Part shown: positions 18,398 to 26,707 of the stretch, one piece after another | How positions within the stretch are numbered: the stretch's first letter is position 1 | Layout: the number at the start of each line of letters is the position of its first letter | Assembly (NCBI GenBank): GCA_026708305.1 | Contig: JAPOVD010000009.1 | Coordinates: forward strand, 11,992-43,991 | DNA: 32,000 nucleotides | Direction of reading: 5' to 3' | Source of the DNA: Nitrososphaerota archaeon | GTDB lineage: Archaea; Thermoproteota; Nitrososphaeria; Nitrososphaerales; Nitrosopumilaceae | Program-made: the position numbers and the translations under genes | The notes under the pieces: generated by a model | Told to the model about the DNA's origin: nothing | Database searches by the model: none | The model's input: only the letters and a program-made list of their open reading frames with translations

Positions 18398-19270
18398 TTA
18401 GTAATTAGTTATTATTAATTCAACATAATTTTTTCTACTTTGTGATTTAGAATTTATGGTTCTATTAGCTTCAACGTTAAAGATTTTCCAGTGTCTAGAT
18501 GAAAAAGAATCCAATATAAACTTCGTGTTAGAATTAGATATCATAACTTTACAACCTAGATCATGTAATTTTTCAGATAAGGTTACAAATCTATAAAAAT
18601 CTACCAGTTTGAAATTTTTATTAGTATAAGATGTAAAGTTAGAAGTATTATTAGTTGGATAATATGGAGGGTCTAAATATACAAAATCATCTTTTTGTAC
18701 TTTAGAACATATTGCAGAAAAATCCATGCAACTAAGTGTCACCATTTCACTTTGCAATATATTACTGACCATTAACAAGTTATCTTCATTTACAATATTT
18801 GGTTTAGAGTATTTTCCTAATGGGACATTAAATTTACCTTTTTTATTGACACGATATAATCCATTAAAACATGTTTTGTTAAGAAATATCAATCTAGAAG
18901 TTATGTCTACATGATTTTTTGGATTTGAATTTCGAACATGATAATAATAATTTAGTGGATCCATAAAATATTCATAAGAATGATTTTTGAGAGATTCTAT
19001 TACTTCTTTTACTTTATCACGTATTACCACATATGATAGAATTAACTCGAAATTTAAATCAGATAAATAAAAATCAACGTGTTGAAATTTTGCTAGATCA
19101 AAAAACATTGCTCCTCCTCCTAAGAATGGTTCAAAATATGTACTAATATTTTTACAAAGTTTCCTTTGCAAACATGTTATAATCTGTCTTTTACCACCTA
19201 CCCATTTTAAGAATGGTTTTGGTAGACATTTAGCTTGTTTATAATATTGTTTCAATGTTTTGTATAACAT
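18398..19270 (-). CDS. dam: Dam-family (D12 class, alpha-type) N6-adenine DNA methyltransferase, orphan
   Basis: FLKWVGGKRQI, AdoMet motif FEPFLGGGAMFF and catalytic motif VYLDPPYYP. The 290-aa length fits. No nuclease gene is adjacent. Confidence 0.85.
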   Translation of the reverse strand: MLYKTLKQYYKQAKCLPKPFLKWVGGKRQIITCLQRKLCKNISTYFEPFLGGGAMFFDLAKFQHVDFYLSDLNFELILSYVVIRDKVKEVIESLKNHSYEYFMDPLNYYYHVRNSNPKNHVDITSRLIFLNKTCFNGLYRVNKKGKFNVPLGKYSKPNIVNEDNLLMVSNILQSEMVTLSCMDFSAICSKVQKDDFVYLDPPYYPTNNTSNFTSYTNKNFKLVDFYRFVTLSEKLHDLGCKVMISNSNTKFILDSFSSRHWKIFNVEANRTINSKSQSRKNYVELIITNY

Positions 19271-19334
19271 ATTTTACATTCTAACTAGTATGCGAAAAAA
19301 AAATTACAATTTATATAATATTTTTTAAGTTATA

Positions 19335-19371
19335 AAAACAAATCTAAAAATTAATAAAATAAAGAGGTTGG
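19335..19371 (-). terminator. T-rich tract downstream of amoA (putative archaeal oligo-T terminator)
   Basis: Minus-sense sequence directly after the amoA stop reads CCAACCTCTTTATTTTATTAATTTTTAG. Archaeal termination typically uses T runs. I saw no structure requirement. Confidence 0.3.
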
Positions 19372-20022
19372 TTAGTCCCACTTTGACCAAGCAGCCATCC
19401 ACCTATATGTCCACGTTGTTAATTTACAACCTAATGCTGTAAATGTGACAGCTAATACAGCTCCTGCTCCAGCTCCTAGAGCTACAGGACTATTGTAAAA
19501 TTTACCTACTTGTGGTTCTATAGGAGTCATATAGGGAGGCAATGTTGGTCGTGGATATTTGAATGCTGTTTCTAGTGGATCTTCTACAGTGATCAAATTC
19601 ACCATATTGAATAAAGGCAATGACATTCCAACTAACACTCCGCCAAATAATATCAACGAGTGTTTATTCTTCTTAGTTGCCCAATATGCCAAATCTAATA
19701 ACATAGCTGATGGAATCCATACAGGCGTGACAATGAAATCATATGGATAACCAAGTGCAAACCAAGCACCTTTCGCTATCCAGGTATAAACAGTCATAAT
19801 CAACGCATAATACGTAGCTGTTCCTGGAACACCAGTGAATGTAAGATAATAAGATGCACCTACAGCTAGCATCAATGTTTGCGATATTGAAAATACCACA
19901 AATGAAGTCCATGCCCAATCAGTATAGAAGATATAGTCACCTGCATTAATTGTTAACAATGTAGAATTAACTGCAACAACTACAATGAACAAATAATGCG
20001 TACATCGTCTAAGCCAGACCAT
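19372..20022 (-). CDS. amoA: ammonia monooxygenase subunit A (archaeal)
   Basis: The 216-aa protein (MVWLRRCTHYLFIVVVAVNSTLLTINAGDYIFYTDWAWTS...RWMAAWSKWD) is nearly identical to Nitrosopumilus-type AmoA as I remember it. Confidence 0.97.
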   Translation of the reverse strand: MVWLRRCTHYLFIVVVAVNSTLLTINAGDYIFYTDWAWTSFVVFSISQTLMLAVGASYYLTFTGVPGTATYYALIMTVYTWIAKGAWFALGYPYDFIVTPVWIPSAMLLDLAYWATKKNKHSLILFGGVLVGMSLPLFNMVNLITVEDPLETAFKYPRPTLPPYMTPIEPQVGKFYNSPVALGAGAGAVLAVTFTALGCKLTTWTYRWMAAWSKWD

Positions 20023-20045
20023 TAATCAGTAGTTAATAAGGTCAG

Positions 20046-20053
20046 TATATAAA
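20046..20053 (-). promoter_or_regulatory. TATA box of amoA (TTTATATA on the minus strand)
   Basis: Perfect archaeal TATA consensus preceded by an A-rich BRE-like stretch. It is centred ~27 nt upstream of the amoA ATG, which implies a leaderless or very short-leader mRNA. Confidence 0.4.
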
Positions 20054-20117
20054 ATTTTACTCTGATTTAATGAACAGATATAGGTTTATGAAAAATAAAA
20101 AATCGAATTTTTGTTGT

Positions 20118-20492
20118 TTATACGCCAACAAATAACGATATAATGATAGTTCCGATAGTAACACCGCCCAATGTGCCAGCTAAAATTCCATTACTTTTCT
20201 TTCTAGTACCTTCTTCGACAACCTTGACACTGAATAGATATCCTATTGCTTCTATGATAGTTAGGACGATAAATGCGTAATGACCACTTGGTGTAGGATA
20301 TGCCCACGGATAATAAAAATATCCAGCTGCAGTACCTCCAAATGTAGCTAACCATGCTGCAATAAATGAAAGGGTAATCAATCCAACCATGTTTTCTACT
20401 CTTCTTCCAATCATTTTTTCTACGTCTGCACCAGATGATCCACTGCCAGAACCAAAACCTTTTGGTAAAGTCATTTGCGTTAATAGAGCCAA
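20118..20492 (-). CDS. amoX: AmoX (small membrane protein conserved between archaeal amoA and amoC)
   Basis: Its position between amoA and amoC matches the Nitrosopumilus arrangement. It has three hydrophobic helices. The start is ambiguous: TTG at 20492 or ATG at 20474. Confidence 0.7.
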   Translation of the reverse strand: MALLTQMTLPKGFGSGSGSSGADVEKMIGRRVENMVGLITLSFIAAWLATFGGTAAGYFYYPWAYPTPSGHYAFIVLTIIEAIGYLFSVKVVEEGTRKKSNGILAGTLGGVTIGTIIISLFVGV

Positions 20493-20542
20493 GAATACTT
20501 TTAAGTCTTTCTTAAAAAAATAAAAAAATGTATAGATTTTTT

Positions 20543-21106
20543 TTATGGAATAGATCTACTGTACAATTTGCCTTCTAAGGCCATTTTGTACATTTCAGCT
20601 ACATATGGATTTTCTCCTGGAGTTTCTGCTCCTAATTCTACTAATCTAGCATAAACTCTTACTACGTACGCTAATGCACCCATAAAGGCTACTACTACAC
20701 CCATGTTAAACATCCAATGATTGGGTACTGCAAAAATCTCTTCAACGAACCAGAAGTGCCACATTTCATTAACTCCGATTGTGAACATAGTAGCAAGATA
20801 ACCAAGTATAGTCATCTTAAGTCCAGTATTCATTGAATTATTTGGCCCTCTGAGAACAGGTACTCTTCGATCATAGATTGCAACAGATCCCCAACCCAAT
20901 GGTAGTGTAATAAAGTGAGAATATAACCACCAATGTGCAGGTGTAAAAGCACTATCTCTTATAGATGTTTGATGTAATGATCCATCTACGAAGTTATCAA
21001 CCTCTACTGATGCAGCTGTAGATCCCATAGCAATTACGATAAGCCAGATCTTTTTCAATCTCTGGATTTCGACTTCTTTTGGAATCAATGCTGGCATTTG
21101 TGCCAT
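20543..21106 (-). CDS. amoC: ammonia monooxygenase subunit C (archaeal)
   Basis: The 187-aa protein (MAQMPALIPKEVEIQRLKKIW...VAEMYKMALEGKLYSRSIP) matches archaeal AmoC as I remember it. Confidence 0.95.
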   Translation of the reverse strand: MAQMPALIPKEVEIQRLKKIWLIVIAMGSTAASVEVDNFVDGSLHQTSIRDSAFTPAHWWLYSHFITLPLGWGSVAIYDRRVPVLRGPNNSMNTGLKMTILGYLATMFTIGVNEMWHFWFVEEIFAVPNHWMFNMGVVVAFMGALAYVVRVYARLVELGAETPGENPYVAEMYKMALEGKLYSRSIP

Positions 21107-21129
21107 ATTATATTTAATTACATTTGTAG

Positions 21130-21137
21130 AATATAAA
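21130..21137 (-). promoter_or_regulatory. TATA box of amoC (TTTATATT on the minus strand)
   Basis: Same geometry as amoA: the nearest base is 24 nt from the ATG and the centre is ~27 nt upstream. Confidence 0.4.
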
Positions 21138-21308
21138 GTAAGTGAAAGTGTTTTGTAATTAATTTATAAAATATTAACATAATTCAATTGTCTTATTTTA
21201 CATTTTTTATACATAATTTAGTTATTTTTTATAAAAATTTTATCTCATTACGTATTATTCATTAATGATAATCATTATTGATTAATAATTTCGAAATCAT
21301 GACGTAAA

Positions 21309-21317
21309 ACATATATT
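21309..21317 (+). promoter_or_regulatory. TATA-like element of amoB (ACATATATT, preceded by AAAA)
   Basis: AT-alternating element ~29-37 nt upstream of the amoB ATG at 21346. It is weaker than the amoA and amoC boxes. Confidence 0.3.
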
Positions 21318-21345
21318 CTATTGTAAGTGTGTTTGATTAATTAAC

Positions 21346-21924
21346 ATGATCCATATTGAATCTAAAAGACTAACGTCTATAACAATAGTGTTTGGTATGA
21401 TACTAACAGTAGGAGCTATTATACAAGATCTATCAGTTGTGCAGTTTGCTGAGGGTCACGGAGTGCAGGCGCAACTACAAAGCCGTTTCGTTAGGATAGA
21501 AGACGAAACATTTAACAGACAATCATTACAGACTGGAGAAGTTTTAACAATTCAAGGTAAGTTTGTAAGTTTGGTAGAAAGAGATCTACGAGCATGGAAT
21601 TCAATATTTTCTGAATCTACAAACGCAGGGAATAGATGGGAAATATTAGCTAGAGATCCACCAGGAAATGTTTTTGACATATCAGGAAATGGGATTGTAG
21701 ATTATTCAATATCAGCTAAAGCACTAGAAGCAGGAGTATATCACGTACATACACAACTCAATATTGCAAGTGTTGGACCTGGTTTAGGTCCTGGTCAAAC
21801 TGTTGTAGTGGAAGGAGATCCAATAATAAAACCAATTCCGTATACTAATATTGCGTATCAATCAATTCTCATTGGTGTAGCATACGTAGTAACATTCGCT
21901 ACAAGACCATGGCAAGTGATATAA
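21346..21924 (+). CDS. amoB: ammonia monooxygenase subunit B (archaeal, short form)
   Basis: 192 aa with HGVQAQLQSRFVRIEDETFNRQSLQTGE...VYHVHTQLN...ATRPWQVI, matching archaeal AmoB as I remember it. Divergent from amoC. Confidence 0.92.
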   Translation: MIHIESKRLTSITIVFGMILTVGAIIQDLSVVQFAEGHGVQAQLQSRFVRIEDETFNRQSLQTGEVLTIQGKFVSLVERDLRAWNSIFSESTNAGNRWEILARDPPGNVFDISGNGIVDYSISAKALEAGVYHVHTQLNIASVGPGLGPGQTVVVEGDPIIKPIPYTNIAYQSILIGVAYVVTFATRPWQVI

Positions 21925-21990
21925 AACCACACACCAATTATTTTTAACATTAGTTTCTATTATAGAAATAATTTTATTTGATTCAATATA

Positions 21991-22524
21991 ATGTTCATAA
22001 TGTTTTGGCCAGGAATGGGAGACCCTGCAAAAAGGAAACAAACACTCAAATTTCTTTTGATGACTGCAATAATAGCTATATCAGTAGGCGTAGCTAGTAG
22101 TTTAATACAAGGCCAATTAAGCCTAGATGATCCATTAAAAAATTGTATTAATGGTAGAAACATGAAACACAAAATAATGATAAATTTAGAAGTATATGTA
22201 GACAATCAAGAAATAGAAATACCAGCAAATGTTGGTTTTACTGAACAATGTCAAAAATCACTGTACACAACATCAAATGATGGTATTATATATGCAGAAT
22301 GGGAAAAAGAATATCCATTTGAGATTGGACACTTTTTATGGATGTGGGATTTCCCATTGAGAGACATGGATCAATATAAATCAAAAATTTTAGTAAACGG
22401 TAAAGAATCAACAGATTTTATTAAAACATTATTGATAGATGGATATAAGTATAAAGCTAAATTTATTTCAAAAAACTATGATAATTCTAAAGATAGTGAT
22501 TTTCTTCCACCTATAGACGAATGA
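21991..22524 (+). CDS. conserved-looking exported or membrane-anchored protein of unknown function, downstream of amoB
   Basis: N-terminal TM or signal-anchor (FLLMTAIIAISVGVASSLI) followed by a ~130-aa soluble domain with two Cys. Start uncertain among Met1, Met4 and Met9. Same strand as amoB, 66 nt downstream. Confidence 0.55.
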   Translation: MFIMFWPGMGDPAKRKQTLKFLLMTAIIAISVGVASSLIQGQLSLDDPLKNCINGRNMKHKIMINLEVYVDNQEIEIPANVGFTEQCQKSLYTTSNDGIIYAEWEKEYPFEIGHFLWMWDFPLRDMDQYKSKILVNGKESTDFIKTLLIDGYKYKAKFISKNYDNSKDSDFLPPIDE

Positions 22525-22556
22525 TATTTTAACGCTATAAAAATAAAGAAAAAAAG

Positions 22557-22823
22557 TTACCAGTATTTGCCGTTATCAGGTATAAGACCTATTCCTTCAC
22601 GTTCAAAGTGTTTATCTAGTTCGTCAACCCATTTTTCACGGTTATCTTTGTATGACCAGCCGTGTACTCTTAACCAAAAGGCGATAATGCCTAATAAAAA
22701 CACTGTGAACATTATAGTTCCGAATATGTATACCATAACATCGTAGAATAACGGATCATAGCTGGGTCCCAATTGTCCTGAAATAGACGATATTATGTTC
22801 AAACATGTATTTAGTACAGTCAT
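22557..22823 (-). CDS. small single-pass membrane protein (candidate accessory AMO subunit)
   Basis: 88 aa with one central TM (VMVYIFGTIMFTVFLLGIIAFWL). Its codon choice is G+C-richer than the flanks. A TATA-like ATATATAC complement lies ~30 nt upstream of the ATG. Confidence 0.6.
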   Translation of the reverse strand: MTVLNTCLNIISSISGQLGPSYDPLFYDVMVYIFGTIMFTVFLLGIIAFWLRVHGWSYKDNREKWVDELDKHFEREGIGLIPDNGKYW

Positions 22824-22907
22824 CGTTAAAGAAAAAAATAGTTAGTATGATATATACATTTCCCTCAAACAAGGCATATGTATATTAAAATAGAAAAAAA
22901 TGGCGTG

Positions 22908-23231
22908 TTATCCTCTTCCTTGTGCGTAATATCTTCCTTGTCTGGCTCTAACAAAGAAGGCTATTGCAATTCCACCAAAAACTGCACCTGCAATAACAGA
23001 TGCACCTAATACACCACTTGCATCAAGGTAAGGAGTTCCAGAACCTGTTGAAGGATTTTCTGCAGCATAATCTACTCTTCTTTTTGCCAATTCTAATGTC
23101 TCTTCCAATGTATTTACGCCTGTTTCACCGCTGTTGCCAACATTTCCCATGTATTGTGCAAATGCTGGCATTACAGTTCCAGATACAAAAAGAACCGCAA
23201 ATAAAGCCATATAATGACGTATGTTTTTCAT
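22908..23231 (-). CDS. small secreted, C-terminally anchored protein (candidate accessory AMO subunit)
   Basis: 107 aa with a signal peptide (ALFAVLFVSGTVMPAFAQ), an acidic middle, a C-terminal TM (VIAGAVFGGIAIAFFV) and a basic tail. Its codon choice is G+C-richer. Confidence 0.6.
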   Translation of the reverse strand: MKNIRHYMALFAVLFVSGTVMPAFAQYMGNVGNSGETGVNTLEETLELAKRRVDYAAENPSTGSGTPYLDASGVLGASVIAGAVFGGIAIAFFVRARQGRYYAQGRG

Positions 23232-23321
23232 TTTATCTGTTCAAGCATTATTTAATATTTAACTTTTTTCTTTAACTATAGAAAATACATTTATGTTAAT
23301 TCATGATATGATATTGTAAAT

Positions 23322-23771
23322 ATGAGTAGATTACATACACATAAACATGGCAAATCACATTCTACAAGGCCAATAAATATCAGAATGCATCCTTGGATTC
23401 TTCAGAAGCCTGATGAGATTATCGAATTAATAAAAAAATACAGAAATGATAACATGAGCTCCAGCAAAATTGGTATTAAGCTTAGGGATCAACATGCAAT
23501 CCCATTAACAAAACCATTAATAAAAAAGTCTATTACCAAGGTATTAGTTGATAATAAATTAAATAGTGCCATACCAGAAGATTTAGAAAATATAGTCAAA
23601 AAAGCAATAGGATTACAAAAACATTTGAAAAATAATAAATCTGATAAAAGGAACATAAGATCTTTAGAATTAGTAGAAGCAAAAATACATAGACTTTCAG
23701 AATATTATAAAAAAAACAAAAAACTAGAGAAAAATTGGAAATACAAATCAATTGTAGCACAATTAGGATAA
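23322..23771 (+). CDS. rps15: 30S ribosomal protein S15 (uS15, archaeal S15P/S13e)
   Basis: N-terminus MSRLHTHKHGKSHSTRP and the 149-aa length are typical of archaeal S15P. Confidence 0.88.
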   Translation: MSRLHTHKHGKSHSTRPINIRMHPWILQKPDEIIELIKKYRNDNMSSSKIGIKLRDQHAIPLTKPLIKKSITKVLVDNKLNSAIPEDLENIVKKAIGLQKHLKNNKSDKRNIRSLELVEAKIHRLSEYYKKNKKLEKNWKYKSIVAQLG

Positions 23772-25169
23772 ATGGTAAGTAAGTTAGATCAATCGTTATC
23801 CTATTTTCATGATAAAATAGAAGAATGTATAAAATGTAACAAATCCATCTTAATTATAACGCATATAGATTGCGATGGATTAGTTTCTGGAAGCATCATA
23901 ATGAAATCTTTAATACGAGCTGGTGTCAAATGTACTGTAAGAGCAGTTAATGAATTTAGTATTGAACAAATTGAGAATATCAAAAATTATTCACGAGATT
24001 TTTGCATTATAAGTGACATGGGAAGCCAATTTTCTCAAGAACTAGACTCCAATTTGTCTGATAAATGGGTAGTTTTAGACCATCATAGAATATCAAATAC
24101 AGAATTAGATAATGAGAGAATTATCAATGCTTGGAAATATGGAATAGATGGAGGAAGAGAAATATGTTCAGGAGGAATGGCGTATTTAGCTTCCAATATC
24201 ATAGATAAAAAAAATGAAGATTTAGCATGGTTATCAACTATTGCTGCATTAGGCGATAGGCAAGATCAAGGTGAAAAAAAATTATTCACAGGCATCAATC
24301 ATGAAATTATAAAACATGCAATCGATACGAATCAAATAGAGATGAAACTAGATCTGCTTCTAGTAGGCAGAGAAACTAAACCTATACATGTAGCATTATC
24401 TTCAACATCACATCCATTTATAGATGGATTGACTTGGAACAGTGATGCTTGTTTATCGTTATTAAATTCTACAGATGTTGAACTTAAAGAAGGGAAAAAA
24501 TGGAGAGTGCCTTCAGAGCTAACATCTGATGAGAAAAAAAAAATAATAGAAGCCATCACAAAATTCACAATCAGTAAAAATTCTACAGAAATAACTAGAG
24601 AATTGATAGGATACGTATATACATTACCAAATGAAAATAAAAGGAGTTTTTTGCATGACTGTAGAGAATTCTCAACAATGCTAAATTCGTGTGGCAGGAT
24701 AAATAAATCAAGTATAGGAATTTCATTATGTATGGGCGATAGAAATAGCATTGTAGAATGTGAAAATACTTTAATACAATATAGAAAGATAATCAGAGAG
24801 CAAATGAATATTTTAACTAATGAACGATGGAGGATTAATAGCAATAATAATTTTATTGTTGTTAATGGTACAGACGTAGTACCAGAAACAATGACCGGAA
24901 CTATCTGTTCACTAATTGCATCGTCTCAAAAAAATGAGAAAAAAATAGTGATAGTGATGACCAATGGAACTAACAATGCAATAAAAATTTCTTCTAGAAA
25001 ACCAATTGACTGCAAACAAACAATTAATCTAAACGAAATTATGAGAGATTGTGCCAAAAAAAATGATGGTGTTGGAGGCGGGCATGATAATGCTGCAGGA
25101 GCTAAAATATCAAAATACAAAATTAACGAATTTTTGGAATGCTTAGAACATAATGCTGCAATCATGTAA
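23772..25169 (+). CDS. RecJ-like DHH/DHHA1 phosphoesterase (archaeal GAN/Cdc45-RecJ family)
   Basis: DHH-family motifs ITHIDCDGLVSG, VVLDHHR and DHHA1 GGGHDNAAGA. It sits immediately after rps15 with no gap, a gene pairing widely seen in archaea. Confidence 0.82.
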   Translation: MVSKLDQSLSYFHDKIEECIKCNKSILIITHIDCDGLVSGSIIMKSLIRAGVKCTVRAVNEFSIEQIENIKNYSRDFCIISDMGSQFSQELDSNLSDKWVVLDHHRISNTELDNERIINAWKYGIDGGREICSGGMAYLASNIIDKKNEDLAWLSTIAALGDRQDQGEKKLFTGINHEIIKHAIDTNQIEMKLDLLLVGRETKPIHVALSSTSHPFIDGLTWNSDACLSLLNSTDVELKEGKKWRVPSELTSDEKKKIIEAITKFTISKNSTEITRELIGYVYTLPNENKRSFLHDCREFSTMLNSCGRINKSSIGISLCMGDRNSIVECENTLIQYRKIIREQMNILTNERWRINSNNNFIVVNGTDVVPETMTGTICSLIASSQKNEKKIVIVMTNGTNNAIKISSRKPIDCKQTINLNEIMRDCAKKNDGVGGGHDNAAGAKISKYKINEFLECLEHNAAIM

Positions 25170-25407
25170 AATTCAAATAAAAATAAACAATGCTTCACTA
25201 AATATGTTAAAATCGATAACAGAATCTCTAGAACCTGATAACATAAATTTTCCAAAAAATCTAACATTAAAAACTACTGTAAATAAAAATCAACTAATTT
25301 TAAATTTTACAAACGAAGGGGACATGGGAAAGCTAATAAATACAATAGACGAAATTTTAGCACACATACAATTAATTGTGAAAGTGGTGAACAATGTTAG
25401 ATCCTAA
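25153..25407 (+). CDS. putative KEOPS subunit Pcc1-like protein
   Basis: ~80-aa protein whose pattern resembles Pcc1 (SLNMLKSITESLEPDN...LILNFTNEGDMGKLINTIDEILAHIQLIV). It overlaps the upstream gene by 17 nt and serS by 14 nt. An alternative start lies at 25204. Confidence 0.45.
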   Translation: MLQSCKIQIKINNASLNMLKSITESLEPDNINFPKNLTLKTTVNKNQLILNFTNEGDMGKLINTIDEILAHIQLIVKVVNNVRS

Positions 25408-26677
25408 GTTAATTAGAAATGAATCAAATACAATACGAACAATGTTAAAAAATAGAAATATAGAATTTGATTTGGATAATTTTCTCTCATTAAATAAAAA
25501 AATTCACGATTTAACAATACGAATAAACAAATTACGTAATGAAAAGAATAAAAATTCATATAAAATAGCAAATATCAAAAAAAGAACTAGAGAAATTAGA
25601 TTGTCAGAAGATGAATCTAGAACTATGATCAAACAAATTCAAGAAACATCAAAAATTCTTAAAATTTTAGAAGAAGACAATATCAAATTGAAATATGAAT
25701 ATAACAGATTATTGTTTTCGTTACCAAATATTATTCATAGATCTGTTCCAATAGGACAAAATGCGTCAGCAAACAAAATAATCAAACATAATGGTAAAAT
25801 CCCCATTTTTAATTTTAAAATACAAAACCATGTTGAAATTTGTAATAATTTGAAATTAGTAGATTTTATACGGGCATCTAAAGTAGCAGGTTCTAGATTC
25901 TATTATTTAAAAGATGATCTTGCAAGATTAAACCAAGCAATTATCAGCTATGGGTTAGATTTTCTCCATAAAAAAGGCTACAAAATTATTCAAACACCAT
26001 ATATGATAAATAAAAAGTCAATGGAAGGAGCAGTAATAGTAGACGATTTTAAAGATGTCATATATAAAATAGAAAACGAAGATCTATATCTTATAGGTAC
26101 TTCAGAACATGCAATAGCATCTATGCATTCCAATGAAATACTAAATGGGAATGATTTACCAATTAAATATGCAGGTTTTAGTACTTGTTTTAGAAAAGAA
26201 GCTGGAGCTCATGGAGTAGATCAAAAAGGAATTTTCAGAGTTCATCAATTTGATAAAATAGAACAATTTGCATTCACGAAACCAGAAAATTCATGGCAAG
26301 AACATGAAATTTTGTTAACAAACGCTGAAGAATTTTATCAGAGTATCGATATACCATATAGAATAATATTATTATCAAGTTCTGATATGGGAAAAATCTC
26401 TTCAAAAACCTATGATATAGAAGCTTGGATGTCTGGACAAAAAAAATATAGAGAAATAGTGTCTTGTTCAAATTGTGTAGACTATCAAGCACGAAGATTA
26501 AAAATTAGATTTCGTAACAAACAAAAAGAAAAACCAACTTATGTACATACTTTAAATAGTACTTTAGTAGCAACATCACGTATTTTGGTTGCAATAATTG
26601 AAAATTTTCAGACCAAAGATGGGCATGTATGCATACCTCAAGTATTACAGAAGTATATAGGCAAACATATAATTTAA
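25394..26677 (+). CDS. serS: seryl-tRNA synthetase
   Basis: MLDPKLIRNE start with a coiled-coil arm. Class II motifs are present (FRKEAGAHG, FRVHQFDKIEQF, GQKKYREIVSCSNCVDYQARRL, HTLNSTLVATSR). Confidence 0.93.
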   Translation: MLDPKLIRNESNTIRTMLKNRNIEFDLDNFLSLNKKIHDLTIRINKLRNEKNKNSYKIANIKKRTREIRLSEDESRTMIKQIQETSKILKILEEDNIKLKYEYNRLLFSLPNIIHRSVPIGQNASANKIIKHNGKIPIFNFKIQNHVEICNNLKLVDFIRASKVAGSRFYYLKDDLARLNQAIISYGLDFLHKKGYKIIQTPYMINKKSMEGAVIVDDFKDVIYKIENEDLYLIGTSEHAIASMHSNEILNGNDLPIKYAGFSTCFRKEAGAHGVDQKGIFRVHQFDKIEQFAFTKPENSWQEHEILLTNAEEFYQSIDIPYRIILLSSSDMGKISSKTYDIEAWMSGQKKYREIVSCSNCVDYQARRLKIRFRNKQKEKPTYVHTLNSTLVATSRILVAIIENFQTKDGHVCIPQVLQKYIGKHII

Positions 26678-26707
26678 TCTTTAGAAATATGATTCAAGGT
26701 TACAAAT

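Noticed and set aside
18320-19371. Integrated mobile element at tRNA-Thr carrying the Dam gene.
   Set aside because: I found no integrase or other phage or plasmid gene and no direct repeat of the tRNA-Thr 3' end in 19271-19371. The base composition is indistinguishable by eye from the surrounding DNA. I kept it only as a weak hypothesis within the Dam finding.
836-26677. Apparent clustering of four aminoacyl-tRNA synthetases (Val, Phe alpha/beta, Trp, Ser) together with tRNA-Trp within 26 kb.
   Set aside because: The genes are on different strands and in different transcription units, and are interspersed with unrelated metabolism genes. This is most simply explained by a small, gene-dense genome rather than a functional super-operon.
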